Positions 27,945 to 39,690 of a stretch of 52,591 nt of DNA are shown one piece after another. The notes beneath the pieces were generated by a model. The model searched no databases. It had not been told where the DNA came from and saw only the letters and a list, made by a program, of their open reading frames with translations. The first letter of the stretch is position 1. Each line of letters starts with the position of its first letter. This DNA is from a virus (taxonomy: Duplodnaviria; Caudoviricetes), in IMG/VR virus record IMGVR_UViG_3300025391_000002, positions 1 through 52,591 of that record. The stretch is one strand, 5' to 3'. A program made the position numbers and the translations under genes.

Positions 27945-29287
27945 TGGCTTTAAGTGCTTCAAGCATTAGCGATGTAAATAATCTTTTAAATCAATTAGGT
28001 TTAAATCAATGGCAATTGCAAGAAGGTAAATATAATGGCTATACATTTTCAGTGGCTCAAACTCCATTTGGTTTAAATGGTTTACTTAGCAATTTAAGTC
28101 AATTGGGTCAAGTTGGAACTATTGCACAATACGGACAACAGATTGCAAATTCTTCAGCTTTAGCAGTAGGTACTGTTACAGGTGCTAATGTTAATAATCC
28201 AATTACAGGCATTCCTGGTGGTGCTAATGTTGGTAATGCAAGCATAATTGATGTGTTTTCTCGTAAAGTTGCTATTCAAGATTTACCTAATGGTGCTGAT
28301 AATATAAGAGCATTAGGATACAATGGTCAACAAATAACTATTATGGCTGTTGCTTGGGGCAGCAATTATATGAGTTATTTACAAAACAATTTAGTTCAAA
28401 TGTTTTATTCTGACGAAATAGTATCTAACGATCCAACAAAATATCATGTATTACAACATCCAGTTTGGGGAACAATTCAAGGGTGTTGGTTAATTGGCAT
28501 GCGTATATTGCATGACAGTACAAGATGGAGGGCTGCTGTAGCAGAACTTACATTTAGAACCGAAGAACCAATTAAAGCAATTAATCAATCTTCATTAACT
28601 CAAACATTATCACAAATTAATAATGGTGTATCATCAGTATTGACAATAGCAAATGCCTTAAATGGAATATGGAATTCTACTGATTTGTTAATAAATGGAA
28701 ATGGTCAAAATTCAATTACAAATACAAACAATATATTTATTCAAGATTCATTGCTTACTATTCAAAAAAATGTTGCTGCATCAGTAAATAATTCAATTGT
28801 TGCTACAAATATACTTATTAATAATTTAGCCCCAAATAATTATAACAATGTAGCATTAAATAATTATGCAGTAACTAAACCAACAATTACACAATTTAAT
28901 TATTTTATAAATAATGTTACAACACTTAATAATATTCAAAATTTAAATGTTTATTTAACTAATAATATAAATACAACTATTAATATTATTTATAATAGTT
29001 CAGAACCAAATGCTTTTTATAATACCATCAATTATTTAAAAAGTTTAATTGCTGAAATAGGTCAATTATCAATAACTTTAATTAATGCATATTATGGCCA
29101 AACTAAACAATATACAACGCCGTATAATATGTCTTTGTTTCAGATGTGTTTTTTAAATAATATTGATTATGAAAATAATTATAAAAATATAATACAATTA
29201 AATCAAAACACATTTTTTTATTTAAATTATATACCTAAAGATACAGTTATGATATTACCTGTTACTAATGGTAGTTCGGGGGCATAA
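27944..29287 (+). CDS. Tail tube initiator/DNA circularization protein (Mu gpN-like)
   Basis: GKYNGYTF, LQHPVWG, ELTF, LysM-like C-terminus. Confidence 0.65.
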   Translation: MALSASSISDVNNLLNQLGLNQWQLQEGKYNGYTFSVAQTPFGLNGLLSNLSQLGQVGTIAQYGQQIANSSALAVGTVTGANVNNPITGIPGGANVGNASIIDVFSRKVAIQDLPNGADNIRALGYNGQQITIMAVAWGSNYMSYLQNNLVQMFYSDEIVSNDPTKYHVLQHPVWGTIQGCWLIGMRILHDSTRWRAAVAELTFRTEEPIKAINQSSLTQTLSQINNGVSSVLTIANALNGIWNSTDLLINGNGQNSITNTNNIFIQDSLLTIQKNVAASVNNSIVATNILINNLAPNNYNNVALNNYAVTKPTITQFNYFINNVTTLNNIQNLNVYLTNNINTTINIIYNSSEPNAFYNTINYLKSLIAEIGQLSITLINAYYGQTKQYTTPYNMSLFQMCFLNNIDYENNYKNIIQLNQNTFFYLNYIPKDTVMILPVTNGSSGA

Positions 29288-30912
29288 TGAGTACATATAT
29301 TCCAGAACCATCGTTTCTTATAGAATTTGAACCTAAATTAAATAATGGTGACCCAACAATTAATGGTAATGTTGTAAATATTAATACAAATTCAGGCAAA
29401 CAATCTGTAACTAATATTCAATTACAAGTAAGTGGAACACAGCATATTTTGACTATTAAAAACAATAATCAAATTGTGTCTACAACTGATAATGTATATT
29501 TATTACAATTTGAATTAAGTAATTATGTTATTAATCAAGAAGCTGGCGGTACAATAAAATTAACTGCAACTAATAATGCACAACATATATACGATTTAAA
29601 TTCACCATTGTGTGATTTATTTCAAGAAGGTGACATTGTTAGAGTAACAATGTTTAATGATTCAAATTCTACAAATAATAATGTTCCTTTGTTTGTAGGT
29701 TCAATAAATAATATAGAAATATTTTATAGTAGAGCTGGTTTTGAAATTGATTTAAAAATAGAAGGATTGCTTAATATATTATCCCGAAGTGCTACAATTC
29801 AAACATCAGCACAACAAACACAAAATAATGTATTTTTAACTCCTATTGTTGCTAATCAAAATATTAACTTTAATAATTTTTTAACAATTTTATTAAATGA
29901 AACAATAATTGCTGAAACAATAACAAATATTGTTTATAATGCTGGAGTAACAAATGGTGTTAAAGAAATAAATGCAATTGGTGGCAATGGAACGGCAATA
30001 TGTCAAGATAGTAATATTTTTATATTTTCCCCTCCAACAACAAGTAAATTAGATGTAATATTACAAACTCTTTATGCTTATCAAAGGGTGTTTTATGTAG
30101 ATAATTCTGGTAATTTTATAATTACTCCTTTACAAACATATTTTGATACTACAAATAATTGGACATTTCAAATGTCATCTGAAGTTATTACTACTGGATC
30201 TACTGTTCCATTACAAGCTATTTCAATTAATAAAAATAGTTCTAATGTGCAAAATAGAACATTTATGTCTTTAATGGGAATATTTAATCAATTTATTCAA
30301 AGCGATATTACGGGAAGTAATAATACAACTGGTGTATATGCTGTTGCTACTATTAATAATAGTATATTTCCAAGAATTACGGAATTTGTAAAAAGTGGGC
30401 AATATTTACAAACTAATTTTGCAGTACAAGAATTAAATAAAAACATTGTAACAAATTCAGGGTTTTTAAATATAGCTAAAAACTTTAAAAATTTACAAGG
30501 TTTAAAAAGTATTATTAGCGTAAATGATAATTCATTAACTATTAAATTAAAAAACAATATAACTAATGAAACTGAATCTTTAAAATATTTTATTAAATTA
30601 TATTCAGCAAAATCACTTGCAGAACAATTGTTTAACGACATGAAAGTAACTGCGGTAATGCCAACAAATTTAACATATAATACGGCTACAAATTCATTTA
30701 GACAAATACCATTAAATCAAATGGTAACTATACCAACGGTTACCAATAATAATTTTGATGGATTAACACAATTATATTGTTATGGTTATACCATAAGTTA
30801 TAATAGATCTAATGGGTCTATGACAACATTACATTTATGTAAACCTTATACGTTTACTGCATTATGGTGTGATAGTGTTGTAGAGTTATCTAAAAATCAA
30901 GCAACGGGGTAA
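29287..30912 (+). CDS. Baseplate hub protein (Mu gp44-like)
   Basis: FYVDNSGNFII and YNRSNGSMTTLHLC motifs; position. Confidence 0.65.
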   Translation: MSTYIPEPSFLIEFEPKLNNGDPTINGNVVNINTNSGKQSVTNIQLQVSGTQHILTIKNNNQIVSTTDNVYLLQFELSNYVINQEAGGTIKLTATNNAQHIYDLNSPLCDLFQEGDIVRVTMFNDSNSTNNNVPLFVGSINNIEIFYSRAGFEIDLKIEGLLNILSRSATIQTSAQQTQNNVFLTPIVANQNINFNNFLTILLNETIIAETITNIVYNAGVTNGVKEINAIGGNGTAICQDSNIFIFSPPTTSKLDVILQTLYAYQRVFYVDNSGNFIITPLQTYFDTTNNWTFQMSSEVITTGSTVPLQAISINKNSSNVQNRTFMSLMGIFNQFIQSDITGSNNTTGVYAVATINNSIFPRITEFVKSGQYLQTNFAVQELNKNIVTNSGFLNIAKNFKNLQGLKSIISVNDNSLTIKLKNNITNETESLKYFIKLYSAKSLAEQLFNDMKVTAVMPTNLTYNTATNSFRQIPLNQMVTIPTVTNNNFDGLTQLYCYGYTISYNRSNGSMTTLHLCKPYTFTALWCDSVVELSKNQATG

Positions 30913-30917
30913 TTAAT

Positions 30918-31583
30918 ATGACAATAACTACAGGTGCAATTTTATCAACTAATACTACAACCGATGAAAGTAGTGCTATTTATTCTAGTAAAATTCAAGG
31001 TAATCAAATTTCTAATTATGATTCTGAATTGCCAATTTATAATCCTGCTGGATTTTTTAGTATTCCAATACCAAATGCCCAAGCTTTATTTCATCAATCC
31101 CCTTATGCTGGAACGGGATATATTCAAGGGTTTTTTAATGAATCCCCATCAATAACAAATGTAAAAGATTTAATAGAAGGTGAAAGTGCAATTTGTGAAA
31201 CGGCTACTTATAATTTTAATATTCAAGCAAAATTAGATGGATTAAAAAGTATATTTAAAAATAATAATAATGATATTATTACAACTAATTTAGCAATTAG
31301 TGAAAACATTGTAACAATATTAACTGATATTATTGCTGAAATTGTGACTTTAGAAACTAGTTATAATGCATTAATTACAAAATTTAATAATTTTAATACA
31401 GCATTTTTAGCTCATGCACACACTGGAGTACAAACTGGTGGTGGAACAAGTGGCCCAACAACAACTCAATTTCCTAATAATAATTCTTATAGTGCAACAT
31501 CAAATTTTAATAGAGATAAAACATTTTTATCACAATCTCCATCTAAAATGTATATTACTGTAAATGGTGAATTAATTAGCTAA
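30918..31583 (+). CDS. Baseplate central spike (Mu gp45-like)
   Basis: PAGFFSIP, EGESAI, HAHTGVQTG (HxH tip motif). Confidence 0.8.
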   Translation: MTITTGAILSTNTTTDESSAIYSSKIQGNQISNYDSELPIYNPAGFFSIPIPNAQALFHQSPYAGTGYIQGFFNESPSITNVKDLIEGESAICETATYNFNIQAKLDGLKSIFKNNNNDIITTNLAISENIVTILTDIIAEIVTLETSYNALITKFNNFNTAFLAHAHTGVQTGGGTSGPTTTQFPNNNSYSATSNFNRDKTFLSQSPSKMYITVNGELIS

Positions 31584-31612
31584 TTATGGTATAATCTGCC
31601 AAAGGAATTAAT

Positions 31613-31981
31613 ATGGATAATACTACAACTTTTATTAACGGATTAACAAATACATATGTTGTTACAAATGGAATTATACAGTCAAACGCTCCCCAACTAA
31701 CAGAGGCGTTTACACGGTTAAATACTCCTTTTGGTTCATATCAATTTGACCCTAATTTTGGTTGTTTAATTCCTTTATGGTTACAATCTAGACAACCATT
31801 AACAGAAAAAAAAGTAGAACAGGAAATAGAAAGAACACTGCAACCAATGATTAACAAAGGAAGAGCGGTTGGTTTTTTAATTACAATTAATGCAATGAAT
31901 AATAATGCAATTATGTATACGGTAGATATATATTCTAATAACTCTAAACCGTTTAGTTTAATTTCAAATTTTACAGGTTAA
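31613..31981 (+). CDS. Baseplate wedge protein (gp46/gp25-like)
   Basis: TPFGSYQFDPNFGC...LQPMINKGRA. Confidence 0.75.
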   Translation: MDNTTTFINGLTNTYVVTNGIIQSNAPQLTEAFTRLNTPFGSYQFDPNFGCLIPLWLQSRQPLTEKKVEQEIERTLQPMINKGRAVGFLITINAMNNNAIMYTVDIYSNNSKPFSLISNFTG

Positions 31982-31988
31982 TAATTAA

Positions 31989-33332
31989 ATGACAATTACA
32001 CGTGATCAATTAGAGGCGGTATTTGCTGCTACAATATTAGCGGAAAATCCTAATTTAACTCCTTCTTTACAAGAAGGGCAGGATTTATATTTTAATCAAA
32101 TAGCAGTTTCACAAGTTGGTTCTACTGTAAGTCAAGAAATACAATTATTTGAAAATAATATTTTTCCAGCAAGTTCAAGTAATGCTTTATTATCACAACA
32201 TGCAGCATCTTTAGGTATTCCAAATATTGCAGGAAGTCAACCAACTCAAGGTACTTTTATTTTAACTGCTACAGGAAATCCTACGACAAATTTTAGTATA
32301 TTAAGTGGAACTATATTAACAAATCCATCATCAGCTATACAATATATAGTTACAACAACAATAAATTTTATAACGACACAATCATATGCTAATACACCCG
32401 TACCATTTCAATCTGTATTAAGTGGTTCAAATACATATAGTTCTCCACAAACGTCGTTAATATTAGGAACACCAATTGTTGTAGGAACTTTAACAATAAC
32501 TAATGCAACTATAAATAATGATGTTGCATCAGGTTTAGACACTCCAACAAATGCCGACATATCAGCATTAGTAGCAAATTATATGCAAAATCCCAAAGGT
32601 GGTGGAAGCACTGGGGATTATTTTAAATGGGCTTTAGAATCCACATCATTAATTACTTTTGCTAAAATTATTCCTAACGGTGCAACTCAAAATCAAAATG
32701 TTATTTATGTATCGGGAATGGTTGCAAGTGGTGATCCATCGGTTAATATTGGATTAGAATTTCCAATTAGTCGTTCTGCATCATTTTCTACAATTAACAC
32801 AATGGGAACATATATTGAAAGTATTAGGCCTATTAATGATAATCCTTTGTATGCAACAGTTAGTACATATGCAATTACTAATAATACAAGTATTAATCCA
32901 ACAAATCCAAATCCTTCTATTGTTTTAAGAGTAATATTAGCCACTGGATTATCATTAAATACAATAGTACAAGGAAATAATGGTTTATCATTAACTGTAA
33001 GTGAATGGATAACTTATCAAACAAGATATGCAGTGTTATCTGCTCCATATACAGGTACAATATTACCTGATGGGAAACCTTATATTTTAGGTAGTGATAT
33101 AATTAATATTATTAAATCTGGATTAAATGCATCTCAATATTTGCAAGGATATTTATGTAGTATTTTAATTGATGTAACATTTAAATATAACGATAATACA
33201 TATACTGATATTCAAAATATTCCAGTTCCAAATGATACAAATTATTTTATTGCAGCTTCTGGAATATATCCTGCTAATTTACAAATTATTTATGATCTTG
33301 ATACATCCATTTGTACAGTGGAATTGGAATAA
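31989..33332 (+). CDS. Baseplate J-like protein
   Basis: LSQHAASLGI, GLDT, PKGGGSTGDYFKWALE. Confidence 0.85.
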   Translation: MTITRDQLEAVFAATILAENPNLTPSLQEGQDLYFNQIAVSQVGSTVSQEIQLFENNIFPASSSNALLSQHAASLGIPNIAGSQPTQGTFILTATGNPTTNFSILSGTILTNPSSAIQYIVTTTINFITTQSYANTPVPFQSVLSGSNTYSSPQTSLILGTPIVVGTLTITNATINNDVASGLDTPTNADISALVANYMQNPKGGGSTGDYFKWALESTSLITFAKIIPNGATQNQNVIYVSGMVASGDPSVNIGLEFPISRSASFSTINTMGTYIESIRPINDNPLYATVSTYAITNNTSINPTNPNPSIVLRVILATGLSLNTIVQGNNGLSLTVSEWITYQTRYAVLSAPYTGTILPDGKPYILGSDIINIIKSGLNASQYLQGYLCSILIDVTFKYNDNTYTDIQNIPVPNDTNYFIAASGIYPANLQIIYDLDTSICTVELE

Positions 33333-34666
33333 TGATAACACAATTAAGAATATATTGGGAATCAAATCCATTATTTAATAACGTTGGAAATAATTTTACT
33401 ATTGGTGCTATTGATGATACAGGAGCATTAAATCAAATTTCTAATAATGATTCCGAATTACAAATTATATTAATTGAACCATCTACTGCTCAATTAGTAA
33501 ATAATAATAATACTATAATTGTTGCTCCAAATGCTCAATCAAATATATCATTAAGATTTCAACTTATTTATCAAAATTATTCTCAATATTTTAGCTATGT
33601 TTTAGTGCCACCGTACACTAATATGACATTAAATCAATTATCTACTATATATAATTTATATTTACCAAAAAATGTTTATAGTAATTCAAAAACAGTTCCA
33701 TCAACTATTAAACAAAATGCAATAGTAAATACTTTATTTCAATTGTATAACAATTCTGCTATTAATAATCCATCTTTTGTTAGTTTAGAAACTGTTTTAA
33801 AAAACATTTATCCCATTTCAGGTAATTCAAATTGGGAATTGTTTTTAACTGGTAATAATAGATTGCTTTATGAAAATACTACTCAATATGGAAAATTATT
33901 ACAACTTATTTATCAATTAGAAATTAACAATAATACTAATCCATATTATTTATGTTATAATATAAGTCAATATATTTATTATTGGTTAGGTTTTCAAAAA
34001 TATGTTTATGTTCAAGAAGGCATAATACCTAATATTGATATTGCTTTTATATTAAATAATAATGCATTGGATGCTTGTGTGTTTAATGGAAGTTCAATAA
34101 ATAATAAAAATATTATTTTTTATGTTTTAACAGATGGACCTGGTACAATAACATCTAATCAACAAAATCAAATACAACAATTTGCTAGACAAATAACTCG
34201 TGCTGGAATGAGCGTAGAAGTTATATTTACATTTTCTGCTGCTGAATTGAATTTAACAGTAAATTTAGAAAATACATACTGGAAAGATCCTAGGCAACAG
34301 CAAACTTATTGTATTGAATTTAATCCAAATGTATTGGATCAAGCATTAGGATTAATAAACACAAATACAGGAAATATTGATAATATTATAGATTTTAATT
34401 TAACATTAAATCCAGGCGGAACAACTACAGAATTAACGGTTGGTCAATCATATGAAGTTATTATTACTCCTGTATATTCCACACCAACAACTTTGCCAAA
34501 TCCAATTATTCAATATACTGAATTTTTTAGCACTGATACAACATTATTATCTACATCTATGATTAGTGGAGTAGAATATTTTAATGCATTAGAAACAGGT
34601 ACAGTTACAATAAATGTTTATCTTGGAATAATTTTTAAAAGTTATACTTACACAATTATTGTTTAA
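33311..34666 (+). CDS. Baseplate wedge subunit with a C-terminal Ig-like domain (start likely 33332)
   Basis: Follows baseplate J; LYLPKNVY; C-terminal LTVGQS...GTVTINV. Confidence 0.6.
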   Translation: MYSGIGIMITQLRIYWESNPLFNNVGNNFTIGAIDDTGALNQISNNDSELQIILIEPSTAQLVNNNNTIIVAPNAQSNISLRFQLIYQNYSQYFSYVLVPPYTNMTLNQLSTIYNLYLPKNVYSNSKTVPSTIKQNAIVNTLFQLYNNSAINNPSFVSLETVLKNIYPISGNSNWELFLTGNNRLLYENTTQYGKLLQLIYQLEINNNTNPYYLCYNISQYIYYWLGFQKYVYVQEGIIPNIDIAFILNNNALDACVFNGSSINNKNIIFYVLTDGPGTITSNQQNQIQQFARQITRAGMSVEVIFTFSAAELNLTVNLENTYWKDPRQQQTYCIEFNPNVLDQALGLINTNTGNIDNIIDFNLTLNPGGTTTELTVGQSYEVIITPVYSTPTTLPNPIIQYTEFFSTDTTLLSTSMISGVEYFNALETGTVTINVYLGIIFKSYTYTIIV

Positions 34667-34764
34667 ATGTTTTATATTTAATAATAAAGTAGTTATTTGA
34701 TAATTTATTTTTATTATGTTAAAATTCATAATAATTTAATAATAATTTTTAATAGGCAATTAAT

Positions 34765-36162
34765 GTGATTCAATACCCTTTAAGTACATCAATACAACAA
34801 TTTCAAAGATTAGAAAATGTTAGTAGTGATCTTATGAATTTATTTTATACAACTACTACAGAAAACTTAAATGCATATTTTCCCATCTCTCCATGCATTA
34901 TGTCTGGCATTAATAACATTAGTAATAATTATGGTCAAATTGGAACATCTAATGTTTTTGAATTTGCAGCAGGTGCGGTAAGGTTTCCTAATCAAATTAC
35001 AGTAATTCCTGGTAGTATAATAGAAGAATTTACTTGGGCTCCTTATGCTGGTGCTTCAATAACGTTAAATGGTATTACAGATGGAACAGTATATTATTGT
35101 GTAGCAAAACTTACGCAAATTGCTAATGATTCTTATAAAGTTACTAATACCATGACAATATTAGATACGGCTGTTACTGCATCTGGATTAAATGATCAAA
35201 ACGTGGCTTTATTTGCTATTACAAGCGATACTGGTGTTTATACCGTGTTTTTAGATTCTAATTGTGCATATAATTATGATGCAAACAATAATATACAATC
35301 AGATTTCAATAGAAACAATAATCTTGGAACGGTAACAACTCATACAATATCATTAGCCGATGCATTTTCATTAATATATAACGATGGAATTTCTATTGCA
35401 TATACATTACCAAATTATGTAACATTACCTGTTGGTGCAACTTTTTGTATAAAAAATCAATTAGGTACTATTTCTAACGGTATTACCAGAATTAGAATGA
35501 CATCAGCTTATAGTAATGCATATTATAAATGTGAAGTTGGTAATAATGGCTGGATAATAGACGGGCAACCAATTGCAACTTATAGTCATTGGGCTACTCA
35601 ACAATATGTTGCAGATTATGTTGCAGATTATGTTGCAGTAAATGGATATTTTTCACAATTATTTGAATTTAATGGCGATTGGATATGCCCTAATGACGTT
35701 TATAAAATTTATGTTACATTAATTGGTGGCGGTGGTGGTGGTGCTGGTGGTGGTGTCGGTGGCGGTGGCGGTGGTGGTGGTGGTGGAGCTGGTTATCTTA
35801 TATTTAAACGATATGTTCTGGTAACACCAGGTACGTCATATAGCATTACAATAGGTTTAGGTGGTATAGTAAGTACTGGAGCAGGTAATAACGGTAGTCC
35901 TACAATTGCATTTGGATTAACTGCAGTTGGCGGTTTTGGCGGTTCTACTAATGGTCAAGGCGGTTTTGGCGGTTCTACTGGTGCCAACAGTAGCAATGGG
36001 ATAGGTGGTGGCGGTGGTTCACTTTGGATTGCTGGTGGTGGTAGAGGTGGTACTGGTAATGGTTACCCTGCTGAATCTGAAGGCGGTGGTGGTGGTGGTG
36101 CTGGTGCTGTTGGTGCTCTTGGTGGTCCTGGTGGTAACGGTTTGGTTTTAATAGAATATTAA
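34765..36162 (+). CDS. Tail fibre protein with a glycine-rich C-terminal domain
   Basis: W-x-x-P...GGGGGG...VTPGTSYSITIG...GLVLIEY. Confidence 0.75.
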   Translation: MIQYPLSTSIQQFQRLENVSSDLMNLFYTTTTENLNAYFPISPCIMSGINNISNNYGQIGTSNVFEFAAGAVRFPNQITVIPGSIIEEFTWAPYAGASITLNGITDGTVYYCVAKLTQIANDSYKVTNTMTILDTAVTASGLNDQNVALFAITSDTGVYTVFLDSNCAYNYDANNNIQSDFNRNNNLGTVTTHTISLADAFSLIYNDGISIAYTLPNYVTLPVGATFCIKNQLGTISNGITRIRMTSAYSNAYYKCEVGNNGWIIDGQPIATYSHWATQQYVADYVADYVAVNGYFSQLFEFNGDWICPNDVYKIYVTLIGGGGGGAGGGVGGGGGGGGGGAGYLIFKRYVLVTPGTSYSITIGLGGIVSTGAGNNGSPTIAFGLTAVGGFGGSTNGQGGFGGSTGANSSNGIGGGGGSLWIAGGGRGGTGNGYPAESEGGGGGGAGAVGALGGPGGNGLVLIEY

Positions 36163-36175
36163 TAAGGAAATAAAA

Positions 36176-36625
36176 ATGTACGATATAACAAATATAAAAG
36201 GTGAAGTAAGGCTTTTAGATTTACACAAAGATGGTCGTATTACAACATACCATCAACAAATATTAGACCAAGGAATAATATTAGATGATGAGAATTACGA
36301 AAGATTATTAGCATTGCAGCAAGCAGGTAAATTATTTTATATAGATTTATCATTACCCGCTGAATTTGGCGCTAACATTATGCCACGTGATTGTGGTAGC
36401 GTATGGGATGAAACAACTCAATCATGGGTTGGTGGCATTGAAACTTTAATACCATTACCTGAACAAGCTAAAAAATTATTTGATAAATATAATTACAATG
36501 CTATTGAATTTAATAAATTAACAAAAACTCAACAAACTAAATTAATAGCATATTTAGATGCATTAAGTGCAATTATTGACGGTACTGACACAACAAGTAC
36601 CGAATTACCAGCAACACCTTTTTAA
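36176..36625 (+). CDS. Putative tail fibre assembly chaperone
   Basis: WDETTQSW and YLDALSAI...LPATP; follows the fibre gene. Confidence 0.6.
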   Translation: MYDITNIKGEVRLLDLHKDGRITTYHQQILDQGIILDDENYERLLALQQAGKLFYIDLSLPAEFGANIMPRDCGSVWDETTQSWVGGIETLIPLPEQAKKLFDKYNYNAIEFNKLTKTQQTKLIAYLDALSAIIDGTDTTSTELPATPF

Positions 36626-36640
36626 TATAGGAAATTTAAA

Positions 36641-37468
36641 ATGTCAATAGAAAATGTAATATATTTACAGCCAACAACATTGGCAACACCAAGCAACTCA
36701 TTTCAATTGTCAAATAATAATTTAACAATTACAGTTGCTGGATTACAAGGCTCAGAAACTGCATCATTACAAACTTTAGATCCTATAAGTGGCAATTGGA
36801 ATGATTATTATATTGATAGTACATTACAAAAATTTACTTTATCAATTACTCAAATATCATTATCTAACACATCTGGAACATTTAGAGTAAACAAACCCAC
36901 GACTGTAAATGCGGTGGGAGTGGTAATTAGTGAATTTGTTTTAAATAAACAAATTATAAATAATGCATTAAATGGACAATATCCAGGAGCTGTATCATTA
37001 GAAATTAGTTCTAATGGAAGCATTGTGACGACTAAAGCATCATCATTTAATTCAGCAACGGGAAAGTTAACGGCTTATTTAACAGCACCTGGCAGTTCTG
37101 GTAGTGGCGTTGCTTCATTAAATGGATTAGCAGGTGCTTTACAATTAATAGCTGGTTCTAATATAACAATAACTCCTTTGGGTAATAGTATTACCATATC
37201 TGCCACTGGCAAAAATGAAATAAAATCAGTAGCAAGCGTATCGCTCGATGGCGGTGCATCTGGTACAGTTACGTTTACTAATTTTACAAATACATATACG
37301 CAATTTAATTTGTTAGTGCCAAGTGTTGCACAATCAGCAACGCCAACATTTATTTTTTTTGGTAATCCTACTGCACAATCATTGACTTCAATTACATATA
37401 ACATATTAAATCTTAGCCCAAATCCTGTGACAAATGCTACATTACAATTAGCAATTAGCGGTATTTAG
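36641..37468 (+). CDS. Structural protein, fibre-associated
   Basis: GVASLNGLAG...AGSNITIT motif. Confidence 0.6.
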   Translation: MSIENVIYLQPTTLATPSNSFQLSNNNLTITVAGLQGSETASLQTLDPISGNWNDYYIDSTLQKFTLSITQISLSNTSGTFRVNKPTTVNAVGVVISEFVLNKQIINNALNGQYPGAVSLEISSNGSIVTTKASSFNSATGKLTAYLTAPGSSGSGVASLNGLAGALQLIAGSNITITPLGNSITISATGKNEIKSVASVSLDGGASGTVTFTNFTNTYTQFNLLVPSVAQSATPTFIFFGNPTAQSLTSITYNILNLSPNPVTNATLQLAISGI

Positions 37469-37479
37469 AAAGTAATAAA

Positions 37480-39687
37480 ATGGCAACATATTCAAAAATA
37501 TATAATATAGCAGGCATTCCAAATCAATATGATTTAATTACAACTGCCGCTAACATAAATATACCTTTAACTGGGGCTGTAGCAAGTAACTTAATTGATA
37601 AAACAACTATGACTGATGGTATGTACGTTGTACTTTGTCAACAAATTGCAACACCCACTCAAAACGGAATATATAAAGCAACTATAACTGGTGCAAATTA
37701 TACATTAACGTTATTTGCAAGTTTAAACACAACTACAACAATAGCTACGCCTGTTCAATTTAAAATTGCTCAAGGCACCGTATTTAAAAATACATCTTGG
37801 TTATTTTCTATTGTTAATAATGCAACAAAATTTTTAAATTTAACACCAAGTCCTGCTAGTACTATTTATGTATCTGCAAATGGTGATGATAATTTGGCTA
37901 GATCCACAAATACTTGGCAAATGCCGTTTTTAACAGCACAGCAAGCATTAAATGTGGGAATGTCTGGATTAGCTGAAACAATGCAATTAGCACCAACAAC
38001 TACAGGGTATGGTGATATTACTACTGCAAATAAAACTTATAACAGTTGTTCAATTAATGGCACTGGATTAGTTACAATGAATGATTTAACAATTTCAGAC
38101 GCAAATGGAGAGCAAGAATTTTGGACTATAAACAATGTATATTGGAATGATATCATATATGATAATACAAATGATATAATTGGTTCAACATTTATCAATG
38201 GAGGAGCTGTAAATAATATTACATACAAAAATAGTAGTGGTTCAACATCTGGCATAAATGGAATAAGATATTATTTTAATTTGGATGTTGTAGGAAACAT
38301 TGATTATTTTAGTACTGGTTATGCTACACAAACAGATATAATTAATGATACATATGAAAACGTAACATTTAGCACTGGGCATGTAATTTCAATTAATAGC
38401 CCAAATGTTAGAATTCAATTTATTAATTGTACTAATTTACCAACATTACAATATGCCAATGGTGCAACTTCTAGTCAAGTATCATTTCAATCATCAATAG
38501 TATATCCTACTCCTAATCAAGATTACGAAGCAACGTTAAATGACAACGGAAAAACTCTTATTTGTGATAATGTTGGACTTGTAATTTTAAATTCTGCTGT
38601 ACTTGTTCCAGGCTGGACAATTCAAATATTTAGTAGACAAACCACAGTTATTCAAGATGCTGATTATAATTATTTAGCTATAATTGATGCTGAACAAATT
38701 GTATCTATTTTATTTACAAATGAATCACCTAGAAATTTTGAAGTGTTTTTTAACGGTCAAGAAATACCAACAAATTATTTAAACATTACAAATGCTGACG
38801 GATTTATGCCAACAATTAGCGTATATGATCCTCCTAATATGTTTTTAAATGCAATAGACGCTACAGCTGTTAAAGTTAAACTTCCATCAAATAGCACAGT
38901 GCCATTAAAAGGGCAGTATTATAATTTGTATAACCAAGGCACACAATTAATTACAATATTAAATTCCGATTCAAATGCACCAATTGCTAATATTGCTGGT
39001 GGACAGCAAGTAACGGTAACACGTAATTATGACAATAATACTTGGTTTGCTATTGATAGTAATCAAGCTACTTTAATTAATTTAGCTGGAACTGACCCTA
39101 CATATATTTTAGCCCAATACGATAAACCAAGTTTAATTGTTAATTGCACAGGAACTAATGCTAAATTGTTTTTAGATGATGGTACGCATTTAGCAGGTGT
39201 TGGCAAACAAATATTAATTATAAACTCAGGCTCAACAAATTTAAAAGTTTATGGTACTGATCAGGTTACAGTATTATTTACATTAATTCCTAATTCTGAA
39301 ATAACAGCATATTACACTGGGAGCAATTGGAAAAACGCCCCAACGCCACCCGAGTATTTAATCGGTACGTTTACGCCTACTTTAAACAATTGGACAACCG
39401 CAGGCACTGTAACAGCAACAGGTACTTATGTAAAAATAGGGCAATTAGTTTATTATACAATTGCAGTAACATCAACTGGTTCGGTATCGGCAACGGTTCA
39501 ATTAAGTACTATTACGGGATTACCTTTTGCCGCTTCGCAATCAGGGCAATTGTCACAAATTTTATCTGATTTGACATCACAAGGTAATGCAAGGGTATTT
39601 GCTAGTAATTTATACGTTCAAACAACGGGTGTTGTTAACTCTCCAAATTTTGTTGAGTTATCTGGCACTATTGTTACGGCAAGTTAA
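37480..39687 (+). CDS. Tail fibre/spike-like protein
   Basis: QNGIY, IYVSANGDD...PFLT, GTFTPTL...YVKIGQLV...GLPF. Confidence 0.7.
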   Translation: MATYSKIYNIAGIPNQYDLITTAANINIPLTGAVASNLIDKTTMTDGMYVVLCQQIATPTQNGIYKATITGANYTLTLFASLNTTTTIATPVQFKIAQGTVFKNTSWLFSIVNNATKFLNLTPSPASTIYVSANGDDNLARSTNTWQMPFLTAQQALNVGMSGLAETMQLAPTTTGYGDITTANKTYNSCSINGTGLVTMNDLTISDANGEQEFWTINNVYWNDIIYDNTNDIIGSTFINGGAVNNITYKNSSGSTSGINGIRYYFNLDVVGNIDYFSTGYATQTDIINDTYENVTFSTGHVISINSPNVRIQFINCTNLPTLQYANGATSSQVSFQSSIVYPTPNQDYEATLNDNGKTLICDNVGLVILNSAVLVPGWTIQIFSRQTTVIQDADYNYLAIIDAEQIVSILFTNESPRNFEVFFNGQEIPTNYLNITNADGFMPTISVYDPPNMFLNAIDATAVKVKLPSNSTVPLKGQYYNLYNQGTQLITILNSDSNAPIANIAGGQQVTVTRNYDNNTWFAIDSNQATLINLAGTDPTYILAQYDKPSLIVNCTGTNAKLFLDDGTHLAGVGKQILIINSGSTNLKVYGTDQVTVLFTLIPNSEITAYYTGSNWKNAPTPPEYLIGTFTPTLNNWTTAGTVTATGTYVKIGQLVYYTIAVTSTGSVSATVQLSTITGLPFAASQSGQLSQILSDLTSQGNARVFASNLYVQTTGVVNSPNFVELSGTIVTAS

Positions 39688-39690
39688 AAT

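Noticed and set aside
35605-36140. YVAD x3 and GGT/GGC runs in the tail fibre gene
   Set aside because: Ordinary coding low complexity of a glycine-rich fibre domain.
12024-39569. Short antisense or alternate-frame ORFs inside structural genes (e.g. 12024, 14361, 17731, 30297, 30934, 32705, 37075, 38037, 39327)
   Set aside because: No recognisable motifs; consistent with shadows of the main genes.
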